Notes: a model not told the origin generated them from the letters alone. Numbered from the stretch's first letter, positions 1 to 16,215 are shown. The stretch: DNA of 64,000 nt from the human T2T-CHM13v2.0 reference genome, Homo sapiens (GCF_009914755.1 NC_060931.1); one strand, 5' to 3'. Numbers and translations are program-made.

Positions 1-184
1 CAGCTAAAGCTTTATATATTTTTGTAATTGGGGGTGCATAAGAATAATCTTCAAATTCAGACATCTCTAGTTGATTAATCATTACTTCAGATTTTTTTGA
101 GGAAAAATACTCTAATGATGTAATCAAATATAAACGTGGTATTATAGCAACAATAAACAGCATTGTGTTAAGTGTAAATTATCT

Positions 185-186
185 TA

Positions 187-217
<31 letters not shown>

Positions 218-512
218 TGACCCAGGCTGGATGGAGTGCAGTGGCGTGATCTTAGCTCACTGCTACCTCCACCTCCGGGCTAAAGCCATCATCGCAGATT
301 AGCCTCCTGAGTAGCTAGGACTACAGGTGTGCACCACCACGCCTAGCTCCTAATTTTTTTTGTGTGTATATAGATGTGTGTGTGTGTGTGTATGTGGAGA
401 CAGGGTTTTGGCATGTTGCCCAGACTGGTCTTGAACTCCTGAGCTCAAGAGATCTGCCCGCCTTGACCTCCACAAGTGCTGCTGTTACAGACATAAACCA
501 CCACACCTGGCC
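185..512 (-). mobile_element. AluJ-like SINE with (TG)n expansion in central linker
   Basis: (TTTA)n tail, antisense Alu arms ending ...ccacacctggcc; flanks taaattatctt/tacattatctt resemble a TSD. Confidence 0.9.
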
Positions 513-729
513 TACATTATCTTAAAATATTATTTTGTAATAGGAGCTTTATAGTTTATCTTTGACAGGAAATGCCCAGTAAAGATGGTTGCTTACATAA
601 TAGATCCTCTCACCTCCCAAATCACCAGCATTTGTAGAAACCTATCTTCGAGTAATTCTAATAACAAAAACTCATTCATATGACTTTTAACAGTTATGGA
701 ATAATTTTAATACATTAATATAATGGTTA

Positions 730-870
730 GGACAGCACTGTGAGGTAGGCAGCTCTTATTATGATCCCCATTTTATAGATTATAGTATTGAGACTCAAAG
801 ATTAAACCATCTGTTCAAAGTCACATAGCTAGTAAGACAGACTCAAGCTTCTGACACTAAATCCTATACC
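730..870 (-). mobile_element. MIR SINE fragment
   Basis: tgtgaggtagg...atccccattttatagat...aaagtcacatagctagtaag matches antisense MIR core. Confidence 0.75.
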
Positions 871-1704
871 CTTTTAAAGACAGTACATTTCCATCATATT
901 GTTTCATAGGCAAAGTTCAGAGTTACTTAAATAATTAAAACATGTAATTATTTCTGATGAATATAGTCAATAAAATTCCACTGCTATAATTCAAATATAT
1001 CCCCCTTTTTGGGCTACTGTAATGTATGAGTGAAAACTTCAGATCTCATTCATGTAGCCAGTCATTTCACTTATTTCTATTTTTCACCTCATATTATGGA
1101 AATGACTTGTTCCTGAAGTCGTTATATTATCACTAATTTATTTGAAAGCCTTAAAGTTATTGGCATATAGTGTTAGATATTTTGTATGATGGAGTGTGTT
1201 CTGAGATCAGAAAATGACCCTCTTCAATAAAACTAATTCAGAAATATCCATAGAACAATCTAAATTGTTATATTTATTTAAATTTGATTTTTCTTCATGT
1301 GACTTAAGTAATCCATTGGCTGAAATTTGGTAGTATTTAGTTCAGAAAACTCTGCTTATAAAATTTAGTAACTTTGCCATATATCATCCATGGCTATTCT
1401 ACAGAGACTAAGCTTGATCCTACTGTACATCAGTACTACTTGTGATAACAAATAACAATAACAATCACAATGATAATTTATCAAAATTACCTGTTGTCAG
1501 AAGTGAGCAGGAATAGAACCAAAAAAAGAAGAGAAGGAAAAGAAAAGAAACATGGAATGGATGAAGAAATTTCTATTTTGATCCATAATAATCTTAGAAA
1601 TTCTTAGAAAATGTAACCTTTGCTATTGAAATATGGCACAGCAAGATGCACAGGCTTGGGCAGATTACTGCCTAAAAATATCATATATAATTTTATTGAC
1701 TCTA

Positions 1705-2102
<398 letters not shown>

Positions 2103-2269
2103 TTGGAGTGGAATGTCCACTCATTTCTTAGTTCACAAATCGTCAATGATTTTAAATAAATAATCACAGCTTTAAATACAATAGCAGCCTTCAGTTTATT
2201 CATTTTATATTCAGCTCCTTGGAATATATTCTATTCAAATAAGCAATTTCTCTAAAATTTGTGATAATA

Positions 2270-3450
2270 CAGAATTATATAAAGAGCACTTACAACTCAC
2301 TATTGAGACAACCCAATTTAAAATAAGCCAAGTATTTGAATGGATATTTTACCAAAGAAGATATATGAATGGGCAAGAGGCATGTAAATGAAAAACTGTT
2401 CCACTTCATTAGTCATTAGGGACATGTAAATTAATACCACACTGAGATACTACTTTATACTTACAAGAATAGCTACAGTAAAAAAAGACAGGCAATAACA
2501 AGTGTTGACAAGAACATGGAGAAACAGGAACTCTCATTAGTTTTAGTGGGATGTAAAATGGTGCAACCACTTTAGAAAATAGTTTGGCTGTATCTTAACA
2601 ATTAAGCCTCCACTATGTTACTCAGTAATTATAATCCTATGTATCTATGCAAGAGGAATGGAAACACTTATTTACATATATTTATAAAGGATATATAGCA
2701 GCATTACTTATAATAGCAAAAAACTGGAAATACCACAAATGTACATTAATTGGTGAACAGGTATTACAAAACAAATATTATTCAGGAATAAAAAGGAATG
2801 AAGCACTGATATATGCCACAATATACATGAACTTTAAAAACATTTTGCTAAGTGAGCCCAGCCAGATATTTTATAATTCTATTTGTATGAAGCTTTCAGA
2901 AAAGGCAAACTGATGTAAACAGAAAGATTAGTGGTTACCTGGGGCCGGAGGTAAGAAGGAGCAGTATCTGCAAACGGGCAAGAGGGATTTTTTTTTTTTT
3001 TGAGTGATGGAAAATGTTCTAAAATTGGACTGCAGTAATGATTGCACAACTCTGTAAATTTACTTAAAACACTGAACTGTACATTGAAAATGGGTGAATT
3101 CTGTTTTTAAGACAGGGAGAGTCTCACTCCTGTTGCCCAGGCTGGAGATCAGAGGTGCAATCATAGCTCACTGCAGCCTCAATTTCCTGGGCTCAGGTGA
3201 TTCTCCCACCTCAGCCTCCTGAGTAGCTGGGACTACAGGCACATGCCATCATGCCTGGCTATCATATTTTTAGTAGAGATGGGGTTTCACCGTGTTGCTG
3301 AGGTTGGCCTCAAACTCCTGGGCTCAAGTGATCCACCTGTCTGGACCTCTGGACCTCCCGAGTTGTTGTGATTACAGACGTCAGCAGCCATGTCCAGCCA
3401 AAGCGGGTGAATTTTATGGTATGTAAGTTGTACCTCAATACAGCTGTTTA
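2270..3450 (+). mobile_element. Old L1M (L1MB/L1ME-type) 3' end, interrupted by an Alu
   Basis: Degenerate ORF2 C-terminus and 3'UTR motifs (accaaagaagatata, tagtggttacctgggg, gggtgaattttatggtatgtaagttgtacctcaata). Confidence 0.8.
3104..3399 (-). mobile_element. AluJ nested in L1M
   Basis: Antisense AluJ diagnostics (tcatagctcactgcagcc, ctgggctcaag); TSD aaaatgggtgaatt (3087-3100)/aaagcgggtgaatt (3400-3413). Confidence 0.92.
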
Positions 3451-4057
3451 TATAAAGAGAGAGAGGCCAAAAAAATGGTGACATAATTCCATTGTATTTT
3501 TTAATGTCATCCAGATCAAAGATAGAATTGACACTTCTTTGCATGCAGCAAGTGGCAATCTATGTGAGTGAGTTAAAACAGAGTAAGAGGAAACTCCAAT
3601 TCCAAGTGTAAAGGATTATTCCAAGTAAGAATATCAGAAGAGCAAAGAACTGCCTTTATGGTAGTCCTTTGGCTTCAACCCACAGTTCATACCCACATCC
3701 TTATGGTAGGTCAGATGATGAAATGCACATTGTGTGATCATTAAAGGACATATGCTCTCCTGTGCCCTGAAACTTTTCAAAATGTTTTCAAATAAATCAG
3801 GCATTTTATGTGCAAACACTCAGTATATAACATATGTACTGTCTCTACAATATTTAAAGATAACTCTTACAGATCTGTACTAATAAAATAGTAAAGAATA
3901 AAATTAATTTTGTCTCACGTTATGCATTCTTTAATTTTAAAAAAGAATACAAAAAAGGCACATGCGATTTATTCTATTAGTCCTGACATATCTTGACTTT
4001 GATACAAATATGCATCTCTTCTCACTTGTACTGACAATCACTTCCTTTTCTGAACAG

Positions 4058-4674
4058 TTTTTTTTTAAAGTTTTATTTTAGGTTCAGGGGTACATGTGCA
4101 GGTTTGTTATATGGGTAAATTGTGTGTCACGGGGTTTTAGTGTACCGATTATTTCATCACCTGGCTAATAAGCATAGTACCCTATAGATAGTTTTTTAGT
4201 TCTCAGCCTTCTCCCACCCTCTATCTCAAGTAGGCCTGGTGTCTGTTGTTCCCAACTTTGTCCATATGTACTCAGTGTTTAGCTCCCACTTATAAGTGAG
4301 AACATGCAGTATTTGGTTTCCTGTTTCTCTGTTAGTTTACATACGATAATGGCCTCCAGTTCCACCCATGTTGCTGCAGAGGACATGATCTCACTCTTTT
4401 TAAGGCTGCATAGTATGCCATTGTGTGTATGTACCACATTTTCTTTTTCCATTTTACTGTTGATGGGCATTTAGGTTGATTCCATGTCTTTGCTATTCTG
4501 AATGGTGCTGAGATGAATATATGCATGCATGTTTCTTTATGGCAGAATGATTTATATTCCTCTGGGTATATACCCAATAATGGTATTGCTGGATCAAATG
4601 GCAATTCTATTTTAAGTTCTTTGAGAAATTGCCAAACTGCTTTCCACAATGGCTGAACTAATTTACATTGCCAC
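4058..4674 (-). mobile_element. 5'-truncated old L1P (L1PA15/16-like) 3' end
   Basis: ORFs 4332-4649 and 4279-4470 encode frameshifted ORF2 C-terminus ([15 protein letters not shown]...FSLISGS); L1 3'UTR ggttcaggggtacatgtgcagg. Confidence 0.92.
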
Positions 4675-4704
4675 CATACATTTTTTACTCACGTTTTAAA
4701 TCCT

Positions 4705-4830
4705 AAGCTAGAATGTAAGATGTTTGAGGCCAATGCTAAAACATATGTCATCTGCCTTTGTATCCTCAAAAGAACCTAGTGTCACTATAAATGCAAGTGA
4801 TTAGTGATCACTGTATGTATAATAGATGCC
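4705..4830 (+). mobile_element. L2 3' fragment
   Basis: ctagaatgtaagatgtttgagg...tgtatcctc resembles L2 3' end; highly degenerate. Confidence 0.4.
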
Positions 4831-5439
4831 GAATTATGTCAAATAAACATGAGAAGTTATCTGTGCCTTACTCTTGACTCTCGGTTTCCACAGTCCTTTT
4901 TGAAATCTCACCAAGACACAGACAAAGGCTGAAAAACATAGGACACTTAATCTGCATGTGGATTTTAAGGGCTGGCTGAACATGGAATGACATTCAGAAG
5001 TACTGTGTCAAGTTGAGCTTCTCAAGTTCTTGAAATCACCACAAGTGATTTCCACAACCACAAGTGTGGTGGTGATTTTTATAGCACTTGGTTGTAAAGC
5101 CTCACTCTTAGTTTTCTGCTAAGCCATGTTAGTAATACTTCGTCCTCAAGATTGGACTTATCCTTTCTTTCTCACTAGTACAGCTTTATTAATTGGTATA
5201 TGAATTGTTTTCCAAAAGAATTACTGTTTTTATGCCATTGTGCAAGTACTGACTTCTCTATGATGCATTAAATTATACTAACAGCATGTATAAGTCCTAG
5301 ACTGAGAACAAGGACTCAAAAATATTTATATAATGTTTATTTTAAGATTGATGACTGTATATTTCAAATTCTGTATAACAGTTTTAAAATCAGGAAAATA
5401 GATATTTAATTAATTTGTTCTATATAGTTAATATGTACT

Positions 5440-5610
5440 GCATGATTACAGTTAACATTTTAAAAGTTCAAAGAACAAAGAATGGGAAAACTCTTAATAG
5501 TGGTTATGTCTGGGTAACCAAGCTAGGGGTAACTTTTTCTTGTTCTACATTTTTTAGTTTCTACAGTTATCATGCATTCTTTATTTTGGAGAAAATTACA
5601 CATAATTTAA
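5440..5610 (+). mobile_element. L1ME/L1MC-type 3' end fragment
   Basis: ttaatagtggttatgtctgggt...ttctacagttatcatgcatt resembles an ancient L1 3' terminus. Confidence 0.5.
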
Positions 5611-6967
5611 AGAAGAAAATAGTGTGTTCCTCTGGAAGCCCAATTAGCACATGGAAAATAAAGTTTCCATTTTTTTAGAGCCAGTGGCTTTTTTTTTTCT
5701 ATTCAACTATTTTGACTCTTTTACCTTGCTCAAAACTGTAAGAATTGCTAAACTTCATACCTCGTACATTTCTATAGCTGCTAAAATCCCACCAATGGCA
5801 TCTTTGGGGATCAGATACTATTTATCTGACACTGCTGTACTTTGGATTATCTGTGTACTTGTTAACTAAGGCAAGCCCTTGTCATTTCTTAGAACTATTT
5901 GAAGAACTGAAGAAGCTTATTAAGAAAATGAGTTTGTGCCTTTTTATTCCCTGTAAATAACAAGAGATTTGCTGTAGGTGTCAAGCCTTAAAAGTGTTAT
6001 GGTGACCCTTTGCTAAACAAGACATAAATTGGCCCTCAACAGTATGTAACTTAGGATCAACTCCAACTTTACAATTCATTTCCTTTTATGTCTGTTTTTA
6101 GTGTGTTGTGTTTCTAAGTGAGTCCAAATTTGGATTTTATTTAAAATCAAAGATTGTAGAATAAAAAGCTGAGCAGCTGCAAAGCTGAAACTGTGCTTCA
6201 TATCCTACTTTGTGGGATACCAACTAGTTTTCAACTATGTACATGGTCTTCTAAAATGAAAGAAAAATTGCAGATTATGCAGACTGGGATTAAGTATCAA
6301 AATTAGCCCCATTTTAATAATGTGAAAACAATATACACAGTTTCTAATTTAAGCTTTATTTTATACAAGATCATACAAAATTATAATATTTAATAGTATA
6401 ATCCTATTCTTCTACATATGTATTGATGTATATAGTAATTCTCAAATAGTTTAAGAAATTACCTTCAGATAACACATCTGATTTAATTAAGTGCATGATA
6501 CTCTATCAAGATGTTAAAGAAGGCTTCTCATTCTACTTTAATGAGCAGTGGTCCCATTCAGTTGTAGAGAACTATGTGTGTGACAATGTAATAGCCAATC
6601 TGGTACTGTAATTAGAAATTCACCTTCATTCTGACTCATATAATATACTGAATTAATTAGTCTGTAATATGATTAACTAGATTTTTTTGCTTTTTAATAT
6701 TAAAAAGATATCATAAGTGATATTTTTAGAGCACTTTTAACATCATTTTAAAATGTGTAGATTTTTGTCATAAGCATTTTTATTCCCATTTCTTCAGATG
6801 ATGTCAAAGAAGTTTTATAGGCTTTGATAATTTAATTACAATTCTAAAGTCCCTGCAAAGCAAGTTTAGGAATGTCGTTATATCATCAAGTTATTTAGTA
6901 ACATTCATATTTGCCTCTGAGTTACTTCTTATAATTATACTACCATAATTAATTATACTATATATTT

Positions 6968-7097
6968 TATCATTCATTCATTCATCAAACATTTATTGAG
7001 GATCTAGTAAGTTTCTGACACTATTCAGAAACTTATGTATAGAGAGTAAATAAAACAGCCAAAATTAATACCTCCACTCTTGGAGCTAATAATCTAT
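6968..7097 (-). mobile_element. L2 3' end
   Basis: (TCAT)n followed by caaacatttattgag...tggagctaataatcta. Confidence 0.75.
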
Positions 7098-7372
7098 TAA
7101 TATAAAATATGTGAAAATGAGTCTTGTTAACACAATGGGTAATGTAAACAGTAAAACTGAGATCATACTTTTTTAAAAAGCTGATTTATATATAATCATT
7201 CTTTATATACTCTTTAAATATACCAATATTATAGCTCTAAGAGAATTTTAAAACCCACCTCCCATTAAAAGATATGCCAGTAAACCCATCAATGCAAAAT
7301 AAAAATTGCATTAACAACAGTGTTCTAATTTAATAATTTCATATCCCCCGCAATGTTTTTGGTTTATCTCTA

Positions 7373-7686
<314 letters not shown>

Positions 7687-7734
7687 TCCTATCTTTTTAA
7701 GTGGCACTTTAGTCTACTCCACAAATGAAGAAAG

Positions 7735-8542
7735 CAAGCTAGGATTCTTGTCTCCTTTCACTCCCTCAATCCCCATATTCAATCTATTACCAATCATTTT
7801 CAATTCTACCTCCTAAATATCTTTTGATTTTGCTGCTTCCCACTGTCCGAATTGCCGTCACCAGTTTGACATCTCTCTCTTATCTAATAACATCAATAGC
7901 CTCTCCTGTCTGGTTTCCCCTCTATAGCCAGATGATCTTTATGAAATCCAAATTTGGGCATGTCATGTCCCTATTTTTCTGGGTAAGCACCCAGAAGATA
8001 CTTCGCACCCTTCGATACTTATAAAGGCCACTGTGCCTAGCAAGGCTTATAGAGTTTCCCATGACTGGGCCACTCCTAAGCTACCTCTCCTGCCTCATTT
8101 CTCCCTTATCTTGTCCCATTCTCTTGCTGCTGCAGCCAAATTGAACCTTTTTCTGCAATTCCAGTTAGCCAAATTCTCTCTTTCTCTCTTATCTCCCTTA
8201 GATCTCCTAACAAGCTGTTTTCTTCCTGGATCACAAGTACCCCACGCTAACATTTTACTCCTATCTCCCAGCTCCCTAACCCTCACTCTTCATACGTGGA
8301 ATTCCTATTCATATTTTGAATCTGAGATTTAAAGTCATTTCGGGGAGTCTCTATCTACCTACCCCCGACCCATACACAAATGCATACCCATCTTGGGTAG
8401 ATTCCTTTTATAACATTCAGAACATGCAATTATTTGTTTCACATTCATTTACTCTGGGAAGGACCATTTTTCCAAGTTCTATTTCAGAGTTTTGAATATG
8501 GTAGATGCAGAATAAATTTTGTTGAATGCAAATGAATGAATG
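7735..8542 (+). mobile_element. L2 LINE 3' region
   Basis: ccccatattcaatctattaccaa...ttctacctcctaaata, aaatccaaatttgggcatgtca; terminal aataaattttgttgaatg(aatg)n. Confidence 0.75.
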
Positions 8543-9659
8543 CATCTGAGAGCTGGAATGAAACATTTCAGAGTGATTTCTAGCAGATGAAAAAAAAGTT
8601 TAAGATAGGTTAACCTTCATAAATTGTTCCTTAAAAATGTATTTAATCTGTTCACTGTCACTTATAGATTGAGTATAAAATAAATTTTAAGTGGCCAAGT
8701 TCATTGCAACGTCCATATAGTATGTTTTGAACTTGGAGGGGGAAATGCCTTTAAAACCCATTATTGGTAATTTTATGATTTGTATTTTAGTTGTAATTGT
8801 TGTGGCATGGTATAAATAGCTGAGAAACGCAGTCTCTAGCAAATGGAATAGTTAAGAGTGTAAAGAAAATCAAAATTTGATTTTTTATAATAACTACTGA
8901 TATTAATAAAATCCAAATGGATTTCTTGCAAATCTGGTAAATAAAGATGGGTTTTGAAGCTTAGACTTTATATCTCCTTTGATTCATGAGCTAATTTTCA
9001 AAGCTGAGTTATAAGCTTTAGTTTATATTGTACCTGGGGCGCAGGCAGACTCATACAATAGCTGTACTTCAAGTGTCACCATAATATAGTAAATGTAATA
9101 AAGTTACATTTAAATAATGTAAGAAATCTAATTTAAACAGGGAAAAATGAAATTTAAAGTTAAGTTAATGCCTTTTTCTATTCCTGATGTTGTCCTTTCC
9201 TGCTACACCCATAGTGGTGCCGCTAGCCTTTTCATGTTAATATTTGGTAGTACAGCTATAGAGAAATATACAATTACTTAGCCATTCCACTTTCTAGATA
9301 AGAAATGGCCATTTGACAAGCAGCTTTACACACAGTGCCATATTCATAGTTTGTGAGGGTAAACTCGGTATTTAATTAGTACCACAAACCTTCCTGCCAT
9401 TTTCTTATAATTGCAATTTTATTTTTTGAGGTGAATTTAGAAAGTTAAAAGTTTTATTTTATAGTACAGTGATTAGATTGTTAAACTTCTTTCAGAAACA
9501 GAGCAGGATAAAATTGTGTATGCTGTGAAAAAACTGGAATGGAACATTTTTGGTGAATATTTACTGAAATATTAGAAAACTACAGGGAAAATATTACAAA
9601 TTGCATATTTTAGCCATTATCTGCAAGCATTTTAATAGTAGTAGTATGCTTTCTTTTCA

Positions 9660-9805
9660 ACTTTGATGCCCCAGTTTCCTCATCTCCAAAATGTAAATAA
9701 TAATAGTATTGTCCCCACAGCATTGTTGTGAGAACTAAATGAGTTATAATGTAGAACAATGACACATTTAGAACTATATATATGTGTTTGCTATCATTAT
9801 TATTT
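9660..9805 (+). mobile_element. MIR
   Basis: cagtttcctcatctccaaaatg...ttgttgtgagaactaaatgag; (att)n end. Confidence 0.8.
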
Positions 9806-11914
9806 TGTTCACATTATTTAAAAAATATATTTTAGGAATTTAAATATATGTAAGTAAAGTTTCTTTAAGTAGATAGAGGATCTAAAAATATCAAGGTTAA
9901 GTATGGCTTATATTTGTGCAAGTATTGTTTTATAAAAAAACTAAAATGTATAAAATGTTGTATTCATATATTTTTAAATTGAAAATACAAATAATGCTTT
10001 ATTTCCATAAATGCCAACTTTTACTTCACAATTATATTTAAATGTAAATAATCAGTGTAATGCACACTTGTACATATCCCACTCTCCCTGCCCCCAAAAC
10101 ACGGTTCCCATTAAGACCGTTTTTTTCTGCAAAGTAGATGAGTTTTGGTCCTAAAAGTACTAGAAACTGTATGTATCTGACAGATGGATGGGTCATTCTG
10201 TGAACCTGAGCCACTGTTCAGCCTTCATTTATCATCACTAACCTCTCTTTGAATAGAATCTTGAATACTCACCAGTATTCCAGCATAGAATGCATAGTTT
10301 TAGTCCCTACTTTGCCAATGATATAAGTAATTCACTTCAGCTACCTAGGTTTAATTGGTTATAACCTCAATCCGTATAATTTTACCTGTATTCAAAAGTG
10401 TTATATACCTTTGAAATTGCTATATGCATATCTACCTGTATTCCATTAAGTCTGAAATAAGTAAACCTAGATTAACAGAAATGATTTATGTTGCAAAAAT
10501 TTACTTTACAAATGAATCCATATAAATGTCATTATTATTCTATTAAGAAGGCCTTCCTATTATTAAAAATACAGTTCACTTTATAATCATACATATACAT
10601 GACATCCAGGTATGCATTTATGTACTAAATTGCAAATTAATATAAAATTAAATATATGAAAAAGTATTCTGCCTGATTCCAGATTCTAGATTTTTAGCTA
10701 ATTGCAGATGTTCAGATTTTCCATTAAATTATTCATTTGCAAATATCAGTAAGTTTTGTAAGCAAACACTAGCTTTGAAACTCAATGCCATTATGTTGAT
10801 ATGATTTCTGCAGGTTTTCTGATACACTTAACCAAAAACATATGTCCTTCCTCTATGCATACTTTTATTCAAAACATTAAAATGGGCTTGGCTTACTCAG
10901 GGAAGGTATAAGATGCCTGATGTGGAGGATTTGTTCTTTAGGCATATGAAAATTGCATTTGTGTTGGAGACAGGCTAGGAAAGTGATGAACTTAATCAGG
11001 CCTGCCACATTAGTATGACAAGTTTTTTGGATTTTAAAATGAATAAGAACAGATCAGAATTCAAATATATAGCTTGAGGGAAAGGTGTAAAATTTGTTGA
11101 AATATGAGTATATAATTTCTTCTATTTCTACTCAAGCAGCATTGTGGTATTCTTTAGAAATTTTTTATTAATCTCTAAAAATGACAGGTGTCAGGGGTCT
11201 TTTGTGATGCACATTCAGAAAAGTTTCGGTCAAGAGGTCATACCGCTGTGATGTGTTAGTCAGTAGCCCTGTCTCCTGTGGAATTTGCCTTGTTTGAAGT
11301 GTTTCCAAAGCAAAATATTTTCTGTAATGCACATCAGTTAAATAATGTGTTTGGGAACAGCTTTACATGGAATAAAAGGCTATGAGATTTCTTTATGATT
11401 AAAAAAACAACCACTGCTCCTTTTAAATACAATGAAACCCCTGGAAGTACATAGAGGGATGCATATTTTTAAAAGAACAAAATATTCAGGAATCATATTA
11501 AATAATTAAAATGTATATTTATGACTTTTTGAACTTAATGTCTCTGTTCATGTAAAACACAAGTTGGTTTAATTTTTTAAAGATACACGTATAATTTTGA
11601 TACAAAGATATTTTTAAATGAGAAAAGCTTACTCTTAAAACAATGTTATTTCTTAAAATGCTTTGAAATAATATCTGATAAAAGGTTTCAGGATTTGTTT
11701 TATAATCATCAACTAATGTTTTTTATAGTGTACATATTGAGAGTAAATAAAATTGGAAAACATTAATAATCAAAAATTACCTATTTTCCCAGCAGAACCT
11801 GGGAAGCATTTTAATGCTTGTTCTTTCAAGTGATAATGTGCTGTCAGGGAAATAACAGACTCTTGAAATGGCCTCTTGACACATGTATATTTTCATGAAA
11901 TTCTAGATCTAGAA

Positions 11915-12145
11915 AGGCGGTAGGATAGAGAGCAAATATATTGGTGTTAAAGTGCACATATTTCGGTGTGAATTTTGCTTTAACCAATCATCAGCTGTTG
12001 ACCTTGGGCTAGTAACTTATCTTCTCTAATCCTCAAATTATTGTTTGATGAAATGAGGATCATACTGTCTACTCCATGTGGATGGGGGAATTAAACAACT
12101 ATAAATGTCTGATACTTCCTGGGGCACACACACTCATTAAATGAT
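11915..12145 (+). mobile_element. MIR (near full length)
   Basis: agctgttgaccttgggctagtaacttatcttctctaatcctca...aaatgaggatcatac. Confidence 0.75.
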
Positions 12146-12199
12146 TATAGTTTGTTCTTGTCCTTATCAGAAAGAAAGTAAGTCCCTCCGTCTCATCCT

Positions 12200-12500
12200 T
12201 CCTTCACTTATTCATTCATTTTACTTGGCCTTAGTATATTGGACTATATGAAAATATAGTGCTTGCCCGCTTTGAGCTTACAACTCAGTGATGGAGAAAG
12301 TACATCATTTACCTAGCACAGTATTTGGCTTATGATAGCTGCTTAATACATAAAAGTAAATAGTAAGTAATTACAAGTTGTAATAAGTGCTCTACAGAAA
12401 AATAATAAGATGTTATGAGAAAGGAATGCAGAGAGCACCAGATTGAGAAAGTGACAATTAAGCTAAGATAGAAGGATGATTAAGAGCTAGCCAGGAGCAA
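12200..12500 (-). mobile_element. L2 fragments
   Basis: ttcattcatt, gagcttacaactcagtg, taataagtgctc, gagaaagtgacaattaagctaaga. Confidence 0.6.
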
Positions 12501-14139
12501 AATTGTAGAAGGGTTGTATTTGAGTGATGACAGCTGTTAGATGACAACTAATTTTTTATGCCGAATAATACATTGAAATGTAATTGTTAGTATTCTGTTC
12601 TCCATATTTCTCTTCTATAAGCTGAAATTGGAATTCCTTAAACTTTCTTATTTTTCTTTTCTAACCCCATAGATCAGACACATATTTGTCTTGATATTTG
12701 GTATTCTCTCTATATATTCAAAAATCATAGGTAAATTTGTAGTACCATATTCTCATATTTACATATAGGTCAAATCATTTTTCTTTCTTCCTGGCAGTGA
12801 GCCTTTGTGATATGTTCTTACTTTTCCATTTTTCCTTAAATGCGATATTAACAATATCTCAATTGAACTTATTCCTTCAGACACCACCCTATAAATCTCT
12901 TCAGATTGACAGTGAGCCACTGGTTCAAGTAAGTGACACACTGGATTAGCCATGTGCAACTTAAAAAAAAATCTTATTGGTAATACAATCAGATAAAGTT
13001 GAATAGAAGGACTTAAGCACTTCTGAATATATTGTGTGTTCTGACTCCAGGACATTTGTAAATGCTATTTCTGTCATAGACAAATGTTATATAGGTGTGC
13101 TTCAAAAAATGCATGAGTACAGCTCATGATACCTTTTTAGAGGTTTGAAAATTGATTGATTAGTGTGATGTATTCCAGACTTCCATATAAAAGCTAAGCT
13201 GACTTTCACATTTGCAGTGGTGTCTCTTTAAGATGATCAGTTAAATCTTAGATAAAGTCTGCTTTCTGGTCTTTCACAGTGAAGGCATTTCGCCTCTCTC
13301 AAATTTTTGAAAAGTATAGTTGATAGCAGTGGTGTGCAGCATCAAGATGTTATTTAAGTACTCAACAATGTGTGTCATCTTGCTGATATGAATATACTGA
13401 ATATGGGGAGCTTTTAAGAGTAATCCTTAATCAGTTCATTTGGCATTCTTGTTTGGTTTTCTGCTTTTTCATCATTGATAGCTGTCATGTTAGTTTTCAG
13501 ATGATCTTTTTGTAATGACTTAAGTAAGAGCCTTTGTCTTCTTTGCAAGTCTAAGAGACTTATGTTAACTGCCTTCTCTTAGTGTTTGAGCTAATTAAAC
13601 TGTTTAATAACAAATCACTTTAAAAATACTTGTCTATTTGTTAAAAATAAATATTGAGCTTCTGTTATCTTCAAAACTCTCTGATATAGTTCCAGAAACG
13701 AAAAACTGAGTCCATATTTGTTTGGGAAATTTGAAGTCTGGTAAGGTAGAAAACACATCAGGGATGTGAACTGTGACTAATATGAAGGAAACAACAGTTT
13801 TGAATGTGAAATGATATTGGAGAACATCTATTCCAATTTCCTGTAAATTGCATATAAATTAAGAGATTTCCTATTTGTCAAAAACTAGTCAGTAACTGAA
13901 GAGATGGGAGAACCAGGGTCCCTTACGTTAGAAACAGGAATTAGGTTTAGTTGTTGACTGAGGGGTTAAGCTGCATTTAAGTCCTTTGATTTTTTTTTGT
14001 TTACTATCAGTACAATGTGGATACTATCTCTTCTCTGACACATAATCTGGTACATTGTAGGTGTTTCCATAACTGTTTTCTATTCCATCACATTGCCACC
14101 TTCTCTCCAAAAGCAAAATGATATAAAACAGTTTATTTG

Positions 14140-14228
14140 TATATTCCTTCAGCAAACATTGACTGAGGACCTTCTTGGTGGCAAGACATGTGCCAGGGAT
14201 TAAAATTTAAGTAAGAAAGATTCTCTCA
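14140..14228 (-). mobile_element. L2 3' end
   Basis: attccttcagcaaacattgactgaggacc...tgtgccaggg. Confidence 0.55.
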
Positions 14229-14263
14229 GTTGGTCTTACTTCCTGGACCAAGAGATACATTGA

Positions 14264-15673
<1,410 letters not shown>

Positions 15674-15987
15674 AAATCTTGATGTTTCCCTAATCCTACT
15701 TTTTTGCCAGCTATTCTTCTCATTCCATAGTGTATCTCTGACCTTTCCCCTGAGTTTCAAATGTATGCATATTCAATGTCCAATAAATATTTCACTAAGA
15801 TATTCCTTAAGAATTTTAAGCTATCTGAACCCCAAACTGCATTTAAAACTTTTCCTAACCCAAATTCTTTAGCTCAATTTATAGCAAAAACATCCATTTA
15901 ACTAATGAAGCCAACTGTTGGTCATCCTTCCACTCCACCCTCTGTATTTACCAGTCATAAATGCTAAGTCTTTTTCCTAACCATATC

Positions 15988-16215
15988 TAGAACCATTTGC
16001 CATTGTGTATATTGTGTAATGCACAAAGACAACCTTATTGCCTCTGGAAGTATAGATGTGGTTTACTAATGATTTTCAGGCACTGTTGGTGAAGTGTGTT
16101 GTACATATAAAACCAGTAAAAAATAGAGTTTTCCAGCAGAAGAAAGTAAATCATCTCATGGAAGCACCTGTTGGACTTTGGGGAAAGTAACAGCATATGG
16201 ATAATCTTCAGCTCT
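15988..16215 (+). mobile_element. MER91-like hAT-Tip100 DNA transposon
   Basis: Start ttgtgtatattgtgtaatgcacaa, internal ttttccagcagaagaaagtaaa, end catatggataatcttcagctctg resemble MER91. Confidence 0.55.

Noticed and set aside
3711-3773. ATGATGA...CTGA box C/D snoRNA-like arrangement
   Set aside because: Only about 55 nt, no terminal stem outside the boxes, no recognisable guide
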